A program made the position numbers and the translations under genes. The notes beneath the pieces are model-generated. The model saw only the letters and a list, made by a program, of their open reading frames with translations. It ran no database searches and was not told where the DNA came from. A stretch of DNA of 63,194 bases, the filler included, from Octopus bimaculoides (taxonomy: Eukaryota), in NCBI RefSeq assembly GCF_001194135.2. It is 7 parts of 6 records of this genome, joined end to end, with 100 filler letters (N's around TTAATTAATTAA, not from the genome) between each part and the next. Parts side by side here need not be neighbours in the genome. Positions count along the whole stretch, not along the records: positions 51,126 to 57,693 come from NC_068982.1; positions 57,794 to 60,578 come from NC_068998.1; positions 60,679 to 63,194 come from NC_068984.1; 4 more parts are not named here. One strand, written 5' to 3'. Positions 51,026-63,194 of the stretch are shown piece by piece (position 1 is the stretch's first letter; every line of letters begins with the position of its first letter).

Positions 51026-53397
51026 NNNNNNNNNNNNNNNNNNNNNNNNNNNNNNNNNNNNNNNNNNNNTTAATTAATTAANNNNNNNNNNNNNNNNNNN
51101 NNNNNNNNNNNNNNNNNNNNNNNNNTAAATCCCAGCAATAGACCATTAAATGTATTTATGAGGCGATAGATATTGAAAAACATAATTACGTCGGAGTGAC
51201 AAACAAACGAGGGCGGTATGAGATGGTCGTGAAATGTGCTAAAAAAATAACAACTAAATACTCCTTAAATTATACGATCTTTTTTTTCCTTTTTAGTTTT
51301 TGCAGTCATATGAATTCACGAGTGTAGAACACAAATTCGCAAAGATTTTCTTAAAAATTCCAAAAAATAAAAATGCTATGAGGGACTATATGCATACTCA
51401 AACTGTCCGGACTAGGAGAAAATAGTTACCCTCCTTGGAAATAGGTGAGAGCTGCCGACAGGAAGCACAGGTGACAAAAACAATTTTTTTAAATTTTTTA
51501 AAAAGGTCATGAAAAAGGATTAGTATCGAAAGATCACCAAAAAAAAATCAACGAATTTTGTCTCACCAATGCAGTTATGGAAAGATAGACGTTAAAACAA
51601 TGATGACGATGTTGATGATGATAATGGTGATATGAAGTTGTATATACTACACATACACACACACAATCTTTGTATGTGTAAATATATGCTTGTATGTATT
51701 TGTGCAGGCGTGTGTAAATATATGGACTGTTCTACATTCATATATAATTAAAGAACAACAGTCTATATAAGTACACAATCTCGCGCGCGCGCGCATGTGT
51801 GAATATGTGTGAGTGTATAGAAATACTTGTGATACCGAGTAAAATCCTGTTTCTCTAATAACTTGTCTAGTTATCTCCCCACTCCGTTTTCACACCAATC
51901 CACCAGGTGTCGCGGTAGCATTTTTTTAAATATATAAACCAAGCCGAGTCGCTGTTAATTATTTGTTGTTCTACTTCTCGGTAGCTGTATGATTAATGCA
52001 TTAACTGCTACGCCTGTTAGAGATAGATGCACGTTTTTAGCTTTAGTTCTCGGGTCTCGTTATATTTTTTACAAGTCAAATACATCAATACGGCATATCA
52101 ATCAATAACTTAATTAAGCAGTATTTGTTTTGCTGTTAACTAAATTAGTAACATCTAACCCCTTTCACACACGAACACAATATAAAATCTCAGCATACTT
52201 TTCTCAAATAAGCAACCGCCCTTAAGTAAACAAAGCAAGTGGTTTCGGTTTCTACAGTTGCTGAGCTTTTAAATCTACTTTAGTTATTATTATTATCATT
52301 TTAATTTCATGTGCTGAGTTTAAATAGGACGCTGATCGTATGCTTTGTGTTTACATGTTTCCCTCTTTACCAGTAACATTCATTCGGTTACAGGTTTGAT
52401 CGATGCTTCGTTAATAATAGCTATTGTGTAAACTTTTATATTTTTATCATCATTAACACCATTCGTGCAAACAGAAATCCTTATTACGTTTTTCCAGCAA
52501 GATATACAAATTCAAACTGAAGATATTTTTTTCTTAACAATTCTAAAACAAAGAAATACACCTGTTGTACATATATAAATATTTCTATTTATGTTCACTA
52601 CTTAAATATCATCTCGCTTATATTTCTTCATACCCAGAACTGTTAGCGGACCCACGCATGTTTTGTTAAGAATCTTTTAATCGATATTTTTAATAATATT
52701 AACACAGTTACCAATATGTACGATCTCAAGCGTAAATCGTGTGTTTTATCGAGCTGCGATACTTTTGCTGAAGACAACAATACCAGGAATGGTGACTTTA
52801 CTACTTTGGCTGTAAGTAGAAAAAACAATTCTATCTTTATTCCTTCCGATTTTTATTATTAATTTATCTTCATTCCTCGTGTGCATTGTATGTTTTATAG
52901 CTAGCGGAGGCTCTGAAATAAAAAATTATCCAAACTAGGGGTAGACCGAAAGCTACTCTACAGGCTAAGGATACCTTGATTACATGAAGTTTACATTGTC
53001 GTTAGGAGATCCTGTGTTAACTCGCAGGGGATTCGATCTATATATTTAACGGCGAAAGACGGGTGTAAGAACCCCTACCCCGCCTTTTTTCCCCCTGCCT
53101 ACATATATTCTAGCCATCAGCCCAAGTATTCATTATAGACCCAAGCAGTCCCCAGGCAGCTTGTCCTGCGTGCCCATGCCTCAAAACTGCAGGACCCTTC
53201 TTGTCCAACATATTAGCTTTCTAAGACAATAGAATGGGAGATTTGTAGCAAGTCGAGCGTCAGCGTAAAATTGCCTTTGTTGACTTGTGTTTACATCCGA
53301 GTTTCCGTAAAACTGAAAAATGATCTCATTTTCACGTTTTCTTACTCTTCTATTATTCTGATCCTTGTTCCCAGACAAAAATAAATCCATATTTAAC

Positions 53398-53486
53398 GGC
53401 GGAGGTAAAGAATACGTATACTACCCGCTTTCGGCGTAACAAAAACCCTAACCCTAATCGCCCGGGTGTGCGTATTTACTTTCGCC
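53398..53486. mobile_element. 89-bp inverted-repeat mini-element with internal CCCTAA units
   Basis: GGCGGAGGTAAAGAATACG at left and CGTATTTACTTTCGCC at right; AACCCTAACCCTAA inside. Confidence 0.5.
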
Positions 53487-53560
53487 TATTTAACAGTAAA
53501 GAAACAATGTGTTGAACAACATGCAGATTGTTGATATATCAACTTGGTTCAAGTCATATC

Positions 53561-53771
53561 TTTTCTACTCTAGGCACAAGGCCCAAAATGTTGGGGAAGG
53601 GGGCCAGTCGATTAGATCGATCTCAGTACGCAACTGGTACTAATTTATCGACACCGTAAGGATGAAAGGCAAAGTCGACCTCGGCGGAATTTGAACTCAG
53701 AACCTAAACACAGACAAAATACCGCTAACCACTTCGCCTGGCGTGCAAACGTTTCTGCCAGCTCGCCGCCT
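53561..53771 (-). mobile_element. SINE family C, near full-length
   Basis: Minus GGCGGCGAGCTGGCAGAAACG...GTTCAAATTCCGCCGAGGTCGACTTTGCCTTTCATCC...GATAAATTAAGTACCAG. Confidence 0.85.
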
Positions 53772-54289
53772 TTTGGTTCCAGTTATATCGCGAATATCCT
53801 TTCACCATTGTGGTTGTTTGGAACTCTGTATGGGATATTCAGAGAAAGAGGCCAGGTGTTTTTAAATACATAAAAAGCAATTAACTTTAACTGGATAAAG
53901 GACTCGATACATATGTTAATCTGCTATTATAATTTGTTGAGAGTGACAATAAAGTTTTATTGGGAGTAGATTACTTAAACTTTTGAATAAGCCACTACCA
54001 ACAAATCTTCCAAGTCAATGCCTATAAATGACATTCGTTTTACGTCTGTTTTTCACACACACGCACGCAGACACACACATTAAGATGATAGACCAAAATA
54101 ACAAAAGGGCATTGAAGTAGAGTTAGCATAGATGGCATGCAGTTAAAGAATTGTATAATGACAAGTGAGGAGTGTCCTCTCCTAAGTGCAATAACTACAG
54201 AAGTTCTTGAGTTTATAATTAAGAGGTCTAAAATTAAAACCTAGCAAAGACAAAAAGTCTTACTTAGTAAGAATGAACATGGAATTTTT

Positions 54290-54778
54290 CAGCCATCTAA
54301 AAAATGACCAAGCTTCATATGCAGAGAAGGATTTGGTAAAAATTCTATACACTGTATATCCACTGTAAATTTGGGGTGCACAAGAGATGTACTGTGGATT
54401 CTTCTCCTTTACCTAATGATATTTGAAAACTTTTTTGAAAGGCCTGTTTATGCAGGTTTTTCAGATTAACTTCATTGAGTTACAGGTGTCCCTTTTCACT
54501 CTCACCTTCAGAATGCAATGAACTAAAGATTGGCCAATTAGAAACCATTCCTTCACCTAACTGTGTTCTTCATGCAGAAGGTATTCTTGGGATGTTTTTT
54601 TCTTAGTATTATGAAGAGCTCAATACTTGTTCCATTACTTATGCTTTATATAAGTACTTTTCTATTTTGATGACGGGATCTGATGTTGTCAAGGACTGTA
54701 TCGGAGCATGATGCAGCTCTTGGACACATTGTATCCTGTGAGCCAGCATGGAACATGGACAATAAATGATGATGATGA
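54290..54778 (+). mobile_element. RTE LINE 3' fragment
   Basis: GFGKNSIHC..VHKRC segment; ends CCAGCATGGAAC..(GAT)n. Confidence 0.6.
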
Positions 54779-55942
54779 AAAGGAATTTTTTCCTTAAATC
54801 TAATAAAATAATGCAAAAACTAATTTATGTGTGTCAGTGTGTCACACTTTGACCACCACTTCCTCTCTCTATTCAATGACACTTTTACTATTCCTCGTGC
54901 TGGGGTGAGAGTAATAGTAAGCATAAAGGCAGTGGAGAAGACAGACAGAGAGAGAGAGGGAGAGAAAGAGAGACAATGAAATTTAGGGAAAGTTGATGTT
55001 TTATTAAAAGTAGTAGTGTTGATGGTGGTAGTGGAAGTAATAATAAGAGAGAAAGAAAGAGGGGCTGAACACTGATAGTAATGGGGTGATAGTAATAGTA
55101 TGAGCTGTTATTGTGATAGAAGCAGAGGTGGTGATGGTGGTAGCCGAGGTGATCGGGGATGGTGGTGGCATCAGAAGTCTGAATGGTGTATATGGAGGAT
55201 GTTGTGGAGATGGTGGTGGTACTGTTGTTTATCCTGCAGCTTTGCAATAAGTTCCAAGTTGACAAATTATATCATTGTTTTGATGAAAATTGTTCATTGT
55301 TTGAAAGATATTGTTCAAGTTTAATAAAATTTAATATGTACTCAATGCATGAAGTGTCATTGTTGGGCCCAAGGCCTAATGAAGAGCCTTCCACAGGAGC
55401 TAGCTTAAAAGCCACCTAAAATCAATATCAAACTCACTGGTCATGGACACTGCCCTTTCCTCCCAGCTCAAAAATTAAATAAGTAAAGGTGTGGTAGATG
55501 AAAGCATATATGACAGTAATAATCTTTCAATTTATGACTACATGGTCAGTACTTTAATCCCACAGCCATAGTAGCTCATTAACTTTCAAGTTGTGCCTTT
55601 GTTCATCAGTAACAGTTAGCACTTGATTTCTAACCTCATATTATTGTTGGTTTTAAGTAGTCATACTGTGTTACAAACATTTGATTTGTGTTGAATATGT
55701 TAACTGATTGTAATTGTTGAGTTTGAGTACAAGTGTCTGGATATATTTTGAACGCCCTACGTTATGAGAGAATATCCATGGCAAACAATTTAGAGATATA
55801 TAGAGTGATGTAAAGAAAAAAATGTGAAAGTATACAACAAGATAGAAGCCTGAATGGTGTATGTAGTGGTGTCACCAGAATGTAGTGTGTTTTTGTTGAG
55901 TGTCGGTGCGATAGGCATGTGTTTGCCTGAGAAATGACAAAG

Positions 55943-56437
55943 TGATAACTGGTTCAATTAATTAGCTGGAGTTAATAAATACTAATTGCCACTACAATCA
56001 ATTTTGACAACTTGCTTCGAATTGCTAGACAAATGATGGAACCAGGATATGTTCGTGTGTGTGTGTGTTCGTTCTCTCATCTTGCTTGGCCGGCGAAAAA
56101 TCTGTCTCACATTAGCAGAGGTCTCATAGTAGCAGTCTCCCTGTCTGTCTGTCCCTGTGTGTCCTGATGTCTTGCTGACCACTCTATTTATAAGAATCGT
56201 GGCAGCTAGAAGGACATACATACTGCAGCAGAGTTTGTACGTAAATAGGTTAGATGCTGACCAGTTGAACTTCGCCTGACACTATAAGGTCGAAGGTTAA
56301 AGGGAGATGATCGATCACTTTTTGACAGGACAAAGAAAACCTGTTTTTCGCGCCTGTTGATTGTCGTGGTTTGGAACCGAGAATTCTTAGATTCGGTTTC
56401 GAATCTAGGCTTGGAGAAGGAAGTGTAAATTTTTACA
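55943..56437 (-). mobile_element. Probable 3' LTR of the Gypsy element (distal boundary uncertain)
   Basis: Starts TGTAAAA directly after purine tract AGAAGTGGGGTAG (56450-56438); TATAAATA at 56192-56185. Confidence 0.45.
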
Positions 56438-57029
56438 CTACCCCACTTCTAGTGCGAAAGCCACAGAGATCGAACGATATTAGCAATGTTATCTTGTTGT
56501 GTATGCAGAAAAAAATTTACAAGTTGCAACAGACAAATGAATGTCAAAAACATGGGATACAAAAATATATGAAGCAAAGATTCACTGTTGGTGTGTGCTA
56601 TATGGTGGGCAATGCATATATGTGCCCAGGCAGAAACATGTTGGCGCGTTGAATAAGATGTGCATCTATTGATTACTCGACCCACTAGAGATCTAAATAG
56701 AGGCAGGTTGTATTTCAGTGGCGCAAAAGATCAAATGGTAGCACAAGTGAGAATGTGACTGTTGCAAGTGTGTGTAAACGTCAGATAACAAAATATTTTT
56801 ACAAGCAAGCAAAACAGTTTAAAAAGAAAACAAAACATATGTACATGCAAAAAATGAAAGAAATGTTCATCGAAAAAGTTCGCTTGTGAAATGTTCAAAC
56901 CGAAAGTTTTACGCTGATGTGGAACAATGTTGTTTTTTTTTGTTGTTTTTTTTTTGTTTTATGTATACAAAATGTTCGTTGATGTATGCGTTTCATTTAA
57001 GATGGGTAGGTTGAGAATTGGGACTTACC

Positions 57030-57693
57030 CGAAAAACTTGCACAAACCTTGCGGGCCATCGAACAGTTCTTCCTGATTTAGTGTTGTACAGAATCTGTAG
57101 TGTTTGCTGGGGTTGGTGAATCCGTTCGAGGAACAGAGGGAACTGAATGTAAGTCGTCCTCGATGAAGGCTTTTTTCAAACGATCAATCGATACGGTATT
57201 GCGTTTACCTCCGATATCGAGGACGAAATACTTGAGTTCTCGTTTGATGACTTTGTACGGCCCGGAATATGGTGGCCGGAGTTGAGATGGTATGCCATCG
57301 TTTCTGACGAAAACATGAGTCCAAGTGTTGATGTCCTTGGGAACATGTGAGACGACGTTCTGTTGTCTGGGGCCTGCAGGTAACAAATGCGACATGGATG
57401 TCCGCAATCGGTGCACATATTGTGCTGGGTCAGGAAGGTGTTGTGATGCAACAGGTTCAATCATCTGCCCAGGTAAGGTGAGTGTTGTGCTGTAGACTAG
57501 TTCTGCCGGAGTGTGTCCAACTTCCTCCTTAACCGTGGATCGAATACCAAGGAGGATGAGGGGGAGATGTTCCAGCCAGTTGGAAGAGTCTGCAGATGCT
57601 TTAATAGCTGCTTTGAGTTGGCGGTGGAAGCGTTCAACCATGCCATTTGCTGCAGGGTGGTAAGCAGTAGTGCGGGTGTGTTTGCACTCGAGT
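57030..57693 (-). mobile_element. Ty3/Gypsy integrase C-terminal region
   Basis: HTRTTAYHPAANGMVERFHRQLK...LPLILLGIR..TPAELVY...PPYSGPYKV (GPY/F)...VSIDRLK; cut by the linker. Confidence 0.92.
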
Positions 57694-57793
57694 NNNNNNN
57701 NNNNNNNNNNNNNNNNNNNNNNNNNNNNNNNNNNNNNTTAATTAATTAANNNNNNNNNNNNNNNNNNNNNNNNNNNNNNNNNNNNNNNNNNNN

Positions 57794-57824
<31 letters not shown>

Positions 57825-58187
57825 TATACATATGCATATACATATACAACTGCGTGTATATGTGTACACACACACCCATATCGAGATATAGAGATTTATT
57901 TCATGCATCTTTTCGCTAAGTTTGTTGCCCCTAACTCAATCTGAAATCTTTGCAGGTCACATTAAGGTCAAATATTCAGTTACAACAGAAAATTTACTTC
58001 ATATTAGGTAGGCAAGTAAACTAAATACGGGGTGTGTGTGTGCGTGTCTTTGCTTGTGATGAGCGTACATATATAAAAACACTTACAGTGGCAACAGTAA
58101 TTGTATAATACCCTCACCATGACGACTGAAATATATTCTTTAGTCTCGTAAAAAATATTTTGTGTAATCTTGTTATTTCTTTCCTTG

Positions 58188-58223
<36 letters not shown>

Positions 58224-58973
58224 AACATACATGCATGCATACATACATACATACATGCATACATGCATACATACATATTCCCTATTCTTCTCCCCTCCCC
58301 TTCACCGTTCCCTCTCTCACTCTTCCTCCTTGACTCTCTCGTTGCTGACACGTGACCAACGGCCTTTCCATCTTTCTTTCTTTCACTTCCTTCCTAAAGA
58401 CAAGACGTGCTTTTATCTGTGTCTTCTCAAAGCTCCTTTTTCCAGCGTGCATCACTTCGCATCGTCTTGGCTTGACACCACTCACCGTTTGTTTTTACTG
58501 TTTTGTTCTCACTGTCCTGCTTTTTTACCACTTTCACCCTCCGCCAAAAAATCCTATTTTTTGTGCTACGTATGTCATTTGGAGTATATTTTGAAAAGAA
58601 CATTACTTTTATGCTGGACCTTTCTAGCATTTAATGAAATTCTTATAAGTTCTTTTTTTTTGGGGGGGGGGTCACTCTTTGTTTATATACATACATATAN
58701 NNNNNNNNNNNNNNNNNNNNNNNNNNNNNNNNNNNNNNNNNNNNNNNNNNNNNNNNNNNNNNNNNNNNNNNNNNNNNNNNNNNNNNNNNNNNNNNNNNNN
58801 NNNNNNNNNNNNNNNNNNNNNNNNNNNNNNNNNNNNNNNNNNNNNNNNNNNNNNNNNNNNNNNNNNNNNNNNNNNNNNNNNNNNNNNNNNNNNNNNNNNN
58901 NNNNNNNNNNNNNNNNNNNNNNNNNNNNNNNNNNNNATATATATAAATAGATAGATAGATAGATAGATAGATG

Positions 58974-59024
<51 letters not shown>

Positions 59025-59029
59025 TGATT

Positions 59030-59068
<39 letters not shown>

Positions 59069-59619
59069 GTGTGTGTTTATATATAGAAATACACACACGC
59101 TCTCACACACGCACCCACAGATATACATATATATAAGGATTTAGAAAATTCCCGAGGACGTGAAATAATTTCTGTCGCTGTAGAACTGAAAGTAGACAAA
59201 CTTGTAAATAACAGGGTTAAAATCCCTTTTTAAGAGAAATTTCGTTTTGCAAATATCAGTAGTTTTTCATTTTTGCCATTTCTGTTTTCTCGACTTCCAA
59301 TTACCGCACGCTACACCCCTACTATGATTGTTATTGATCACTCCATTGCAATCTGTCATAGGCAATGATTCTTACTTTTTTAAAGACGACAACTAAAAGA
59401 CAAAAAACAAGACAAAGGTATCTATGAAAAAATTTTCTATTGTTTTTGTTAATATCTCCGTTCAAGACAGCATCGTATATTTTTGCTACGGAAATGAAAT
59501 GGAAATACATAATGGAATAGGAATTCATAAATGGAAAATTAAAATACAAAGTGAAAGAATCTAGTGACGTAGACGTACATCTAGTTATGCAAGTCTCTGA
59601 GTGGACTCATGATTCGTGG

Positions 59620-59990
59620 CAGCAATAGTTTCGAGCAAGGAAAATAGAAAGGGAAAAACTTCATGGAATTTCAAGTTCTCAACAAGGGCAGGTGACAGAA
59701 TGGGAAGGAAATTTACTGGGATGAAATATGGAGGAGATTCACAATGCAATTAAGTTTTTGATTCCCTTTACAATAATGCCTTGCTGCCTCCTTCTAACAT
59801 GGTATGATGGATGGAAACAGATCGTAGGAAGGATAAAAAACCAATTCTCTCCAGCTGTCCACTGTTGCAATATGGATGTCTTTGGAGACATAATTTAGTT
59901 CACAAGATTCTCTTCAGTACCCTCAAGAACCACATCAACCTTAATTTATTGCGGCAGGAAAGCTCAGAAAAAGATCTGCCAAGCGGTATA
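59620..59990 (+). mobile_element. HERO-like RLE LINE fragment
   Basis: QQGQVTEWE...IKFL...ILSSCPLL..WRHNLV; same domain type as 4711-4947. Confidence 0.65.
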
Positions 59991-60268
59991 TCATATTCTA
60001 ACGTTCAGGAGTTAAGTTCTCCTTAAATGCAAAAAAAGAAAAGAAAAGAAAAGAAACCCTATGAGCAATAAATCATTTGCCCCGATATGAATGATTCATC
60101 CCTTATATAATAAACCCTAAAATAAACATCTGGTGTGAGGAAAGGATCTGTCAGGTATTATATATATAGATATACAATATAGGGTAAGATTAATTCATTA
60201 ATTGATCAATAATTAATAATTCTACCAAGTAGTCAGTACGTTAAAATAACCTTTTTAGGTTAATTATA

Positions 60269-60538
60269 CAAAATATTCTATAATTATATACATAATTATA
60301 ATCAGGCGTCAGCTAATTGCTTCGCCACGTTCCAAATCAGAAATAGACACTAATGCCATTTTAACTACCATAAGTATCTCCGAGACAATAACATAATTTT
60401 TATCTAAAAAAGTGTGTTATTGCTTCGGAGATATTTATAGTAGTTCAAATGGCATTAGCGTTTATTTCTAATTTCGGTACATGGCAAAGCAATTAGCTGA
60501 CCCCTGATTATAATTATGTATATAATTATAGAATATGT

Positions 60539-60540
<2 letters not shown>
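60269..60540. repeat. ~270-bp near-perfect inverted repeat (hairpin)
   Basis: Arms of ~125 bp complementary along their length, e.g. TATAATCAGGCGTCAGCTAATTGC / GCAATTAGCTGACCCCTGATTATA. Confidence 0.9.
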
Positions 60541-60578
<38 letters not shown>

Positions 60579-60904
60579 NNNNNNNNNNNNNNNNNNNNNN
60601 NNNNNNNNNNNNNNNNNNNNNNTTAATTAATTAANNNNNNNNNNNNNNNNNNNNNNNNNNNNNNNNNNNNNNNNNNNNAAAAGCCTTATGTGTCCTCGAG
60701 TCGATTCCGTTCCTGTCTGTCTTACTTTTCCGGGCTATCACATCAGTTCAAATGCTCTGAGCAGTTAGTGTCACGTTGTGTTGTCTAGAAGAATACAGTA
60801 AAGTTTACGTGTGTCTGTGGAATACTCAGCTGTTTATTCGTTAATTACAAGTATGTGGCTGTGTGTAAGTACCTAGCACAGTCAGGTGCAGGAGTGACTG
60901 TAGT

Positions 60905-61040
60905 AGGTGCAGGAGTGGCTGTGTGGTAAGTAGCTTGCTTACCAATCACATGGTTCCTGGTTCAGTCCCACTGGGCAAGTGTCTTCTACTATAGTCTCGA
61001 GTCGACCAAAGCCCTGTGAGTGGATTTGGTAGACGGAAAC
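60905..61040 (+). mobile_element. SINE family A copy
   Basis: GCAGGAGTGGCTGTGTGGTAAG...GGTTCAGTCCC...GAAACTGAAAGAAGCCCGTC. Confidence 0.8.
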
Positions 61041-61446
61041 TGAAAGAAGCCCGTCTTATATANNNNNNNNNNNNNNNNNNNNNNNNNNNNNNNNNNNNNN
61101 NNNNNNNNNNNNNNNNNNNNNNNNNNNNNNNNNNNNNNNNNNNNNNNNNNNNNNNNNNNNNNNNNNNNNNNNNNNNNNNNNNNNNNNNNNNNNNNNNNNN
61201 NNNNNNNNNNNNNNNNNNNNNNNNNNNNNNNNNNNNNNNNNNNNNNNNNNNNNNNNNNNNNNNNNNNNNNNNNNNNNNNNNNNNNNNNNNNNNNNNNNNN
61301 NNNNNNNNNNNNNNNNNNNNNNNNNNNNNNNNNNNNNNNNNNNNNNNNNNNNNNNNNNNNNNNNNNNNNNNNNNNNNNNNNNNNNNNNNNNNNNNNNNNN
61401 NNNNNNNNNNNNNNNNNNNNNNNNNNNNNNNNNNNNNNNNNNNNNN

Positions 61447-61490
<44 letters not shown>

Positions 61491-63151
61491 CACACACACA
61501 CACTTCTTGTGTATTTGCATGCCTATATATTTGTTCGAACATAAATCAGATGCAGAAAGCCTTATGCATGGAGATATTTAATATTTAAACAATGTGAGTT
61601 TGGCAAAGTTATGAAACGCTGTAAACAAACTTGTCTGAAAACTTGACAACGCTGATATTTGGTATGAGAAATATTTCTGCGAATCAAAAACCGAAATAAT
61701 CTGTCTTATATCGGTGGTTGTACCATTGTTTAACACTTATGCTAGCACAGTCATTTGCTATCCCGTACCATAGCAACTAAGTAGATTTTATGGCATGCCG
61801 AAGACAAGAGTGAAGCCGATGCTGCAACAGTACACATCCGAGTATTTACGTTGTCATAGCAATAAAGATAGTAAATGAGAATTAAATGATTAGGTATATT
61901 GTTGAGAGAAGATTTTCTTTATTTGTTCTTTCTATCTTTCTTTGATATTGCATATGTTTGTTTTCAATATTTTTGCTTAATTTTCCGGTAATGTAGCTTG
62001 TTCGTTATATTTCTAGCTGTTTCGTCTGACGCTGGTTTTCAACGATGTTTGAAAACATCTAAAAAGCAGACGCACAATTCTGAAGATGCGGTATGCAATG
62101 TACAGCAGACAAGTGATCGCAATAAACATGACCCATATTTTCAATCAGCTAAATCATGTCTGCATCCATGAAAACAAAAGTAATACAGAATTTCCTACAA
62201 AAATACATGCAAAGATACGTATGTAAAAGTCATTAAATATTAAAAATGAGCGCCGACTACTAAATACATTGAAAATATTCAATATAAATGTTGAATCATT
62301 CTTAATCTTCTGTTGTACTTCCATTCACATCTAGAATGCATAACAGGAATATTAAATCGACACCATTACATGACAGGTACTTTATTTTATTGCTCTCGAG
62401 AGGCTCAAACGCAAAACTGACCTTGGTAGGAATAGAACAACAATAATTCAAAACAGAAGGCACTTTATTCGACGCTTTAGCGATTCTGCCAAATACACTC
62501 GGTTACAGGTCATACTTTCTGTTCGTCTTACTCAATGCAAACCACGTGATAACAAAGCGCTGTCATGCATAAGTGGGTGTTATCATTCGAACAAAAACTT
62601 TAGATATAAGGGAATAATCAACACACATACACACATACTTACATACATACATACATACATACACACACACGCAGGTTCACGCACACACACACACACACAA
62701 ACACACACACAAACACACACACAAACACACACACAAACACACACATATAAACACACACACACACTAACACACGCAAACGCACGCATACACACACAGACAC
62801 ACACACACGCACACACAAACACACACATGGTCGCAATCTAATGACTGAAAGATATATATATGAATGTATTTATATATATATAAATGGTATTGGTATCTAG
62901 AAGACCCAAAGAGTGCTAAAGGCAGACCATAATTAAACTATTGGTTCGAACAGAGGGAAATAAAAGAATGAATGTAGAAATAACATAAAATATTGTCGTT
63001 GCAGTTCCATTATTCGAGTAAAGTGGTGTATAGAAGGGGTACAAAAGTTTCCTGTACATGGTATGTAAGTTCCGAGAGTAGTTTAGTCATTTGTGGTGTG
63101 TGACACAGCACAAAATCCCTTCGAAGGGGCAACACAGAATCCACGGCTCCA

Positions 63152-63194
<43 letters not shown>

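Noticed and set aside
7750-61588. Long ORF-track entries made of X runs or YI/CV/HT/poly-D/L/I repeats
   Set aside because: They are translations of N gaps and microsatellites, not genes.
62080-62130. CTGAAGA-TGCG...CGCA-ATAAAC hammerhead-like string
   Set aside because: It lacks GAAA and a convincing stem I or III.

Overview
AT-rich, gap-ridden animal genomic DNA dense in microsatellites and retroposons. The SINE/LINE content resembles octopus (inference from recalled repeat families, no search run). The only confidently identified host gene is the 3' end of actin-related protein 6 (ACTR6/ARP6): four + strand exons at 1757-9740 with consistent splice phases. The rest is decayed mobile DNA: mariner elements (two full-length with TIRs and TA TSDs), a hAT MITE with a perfect 8-bp TSD, tRNA-derived SINEs of three families, RTE, CR1, HERO-like and R4/Dong-like LINE pieces, Penelope-like elements (PLEs) and a Gypsy integrase with a probable PPT/LTR. 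Most notable are several minimal type I hammerhead-ribozyme motifs in PLE-type tails. One sits in a composite of tRNA head, microsatellite and hammerhead tail, preceded by an inverted copy of its own 3' end, which suggests a SINE mobilised by Penelope machinery. Also seen are stacked R4/Dong-like 3' ends at (TAA)n tracts, a ~270-bp hairpin and some orphan exon candidates. Six artificial N44-TTAATTAATTAA-N44 linkers split the window, so adjacency across them is not guaranteed.
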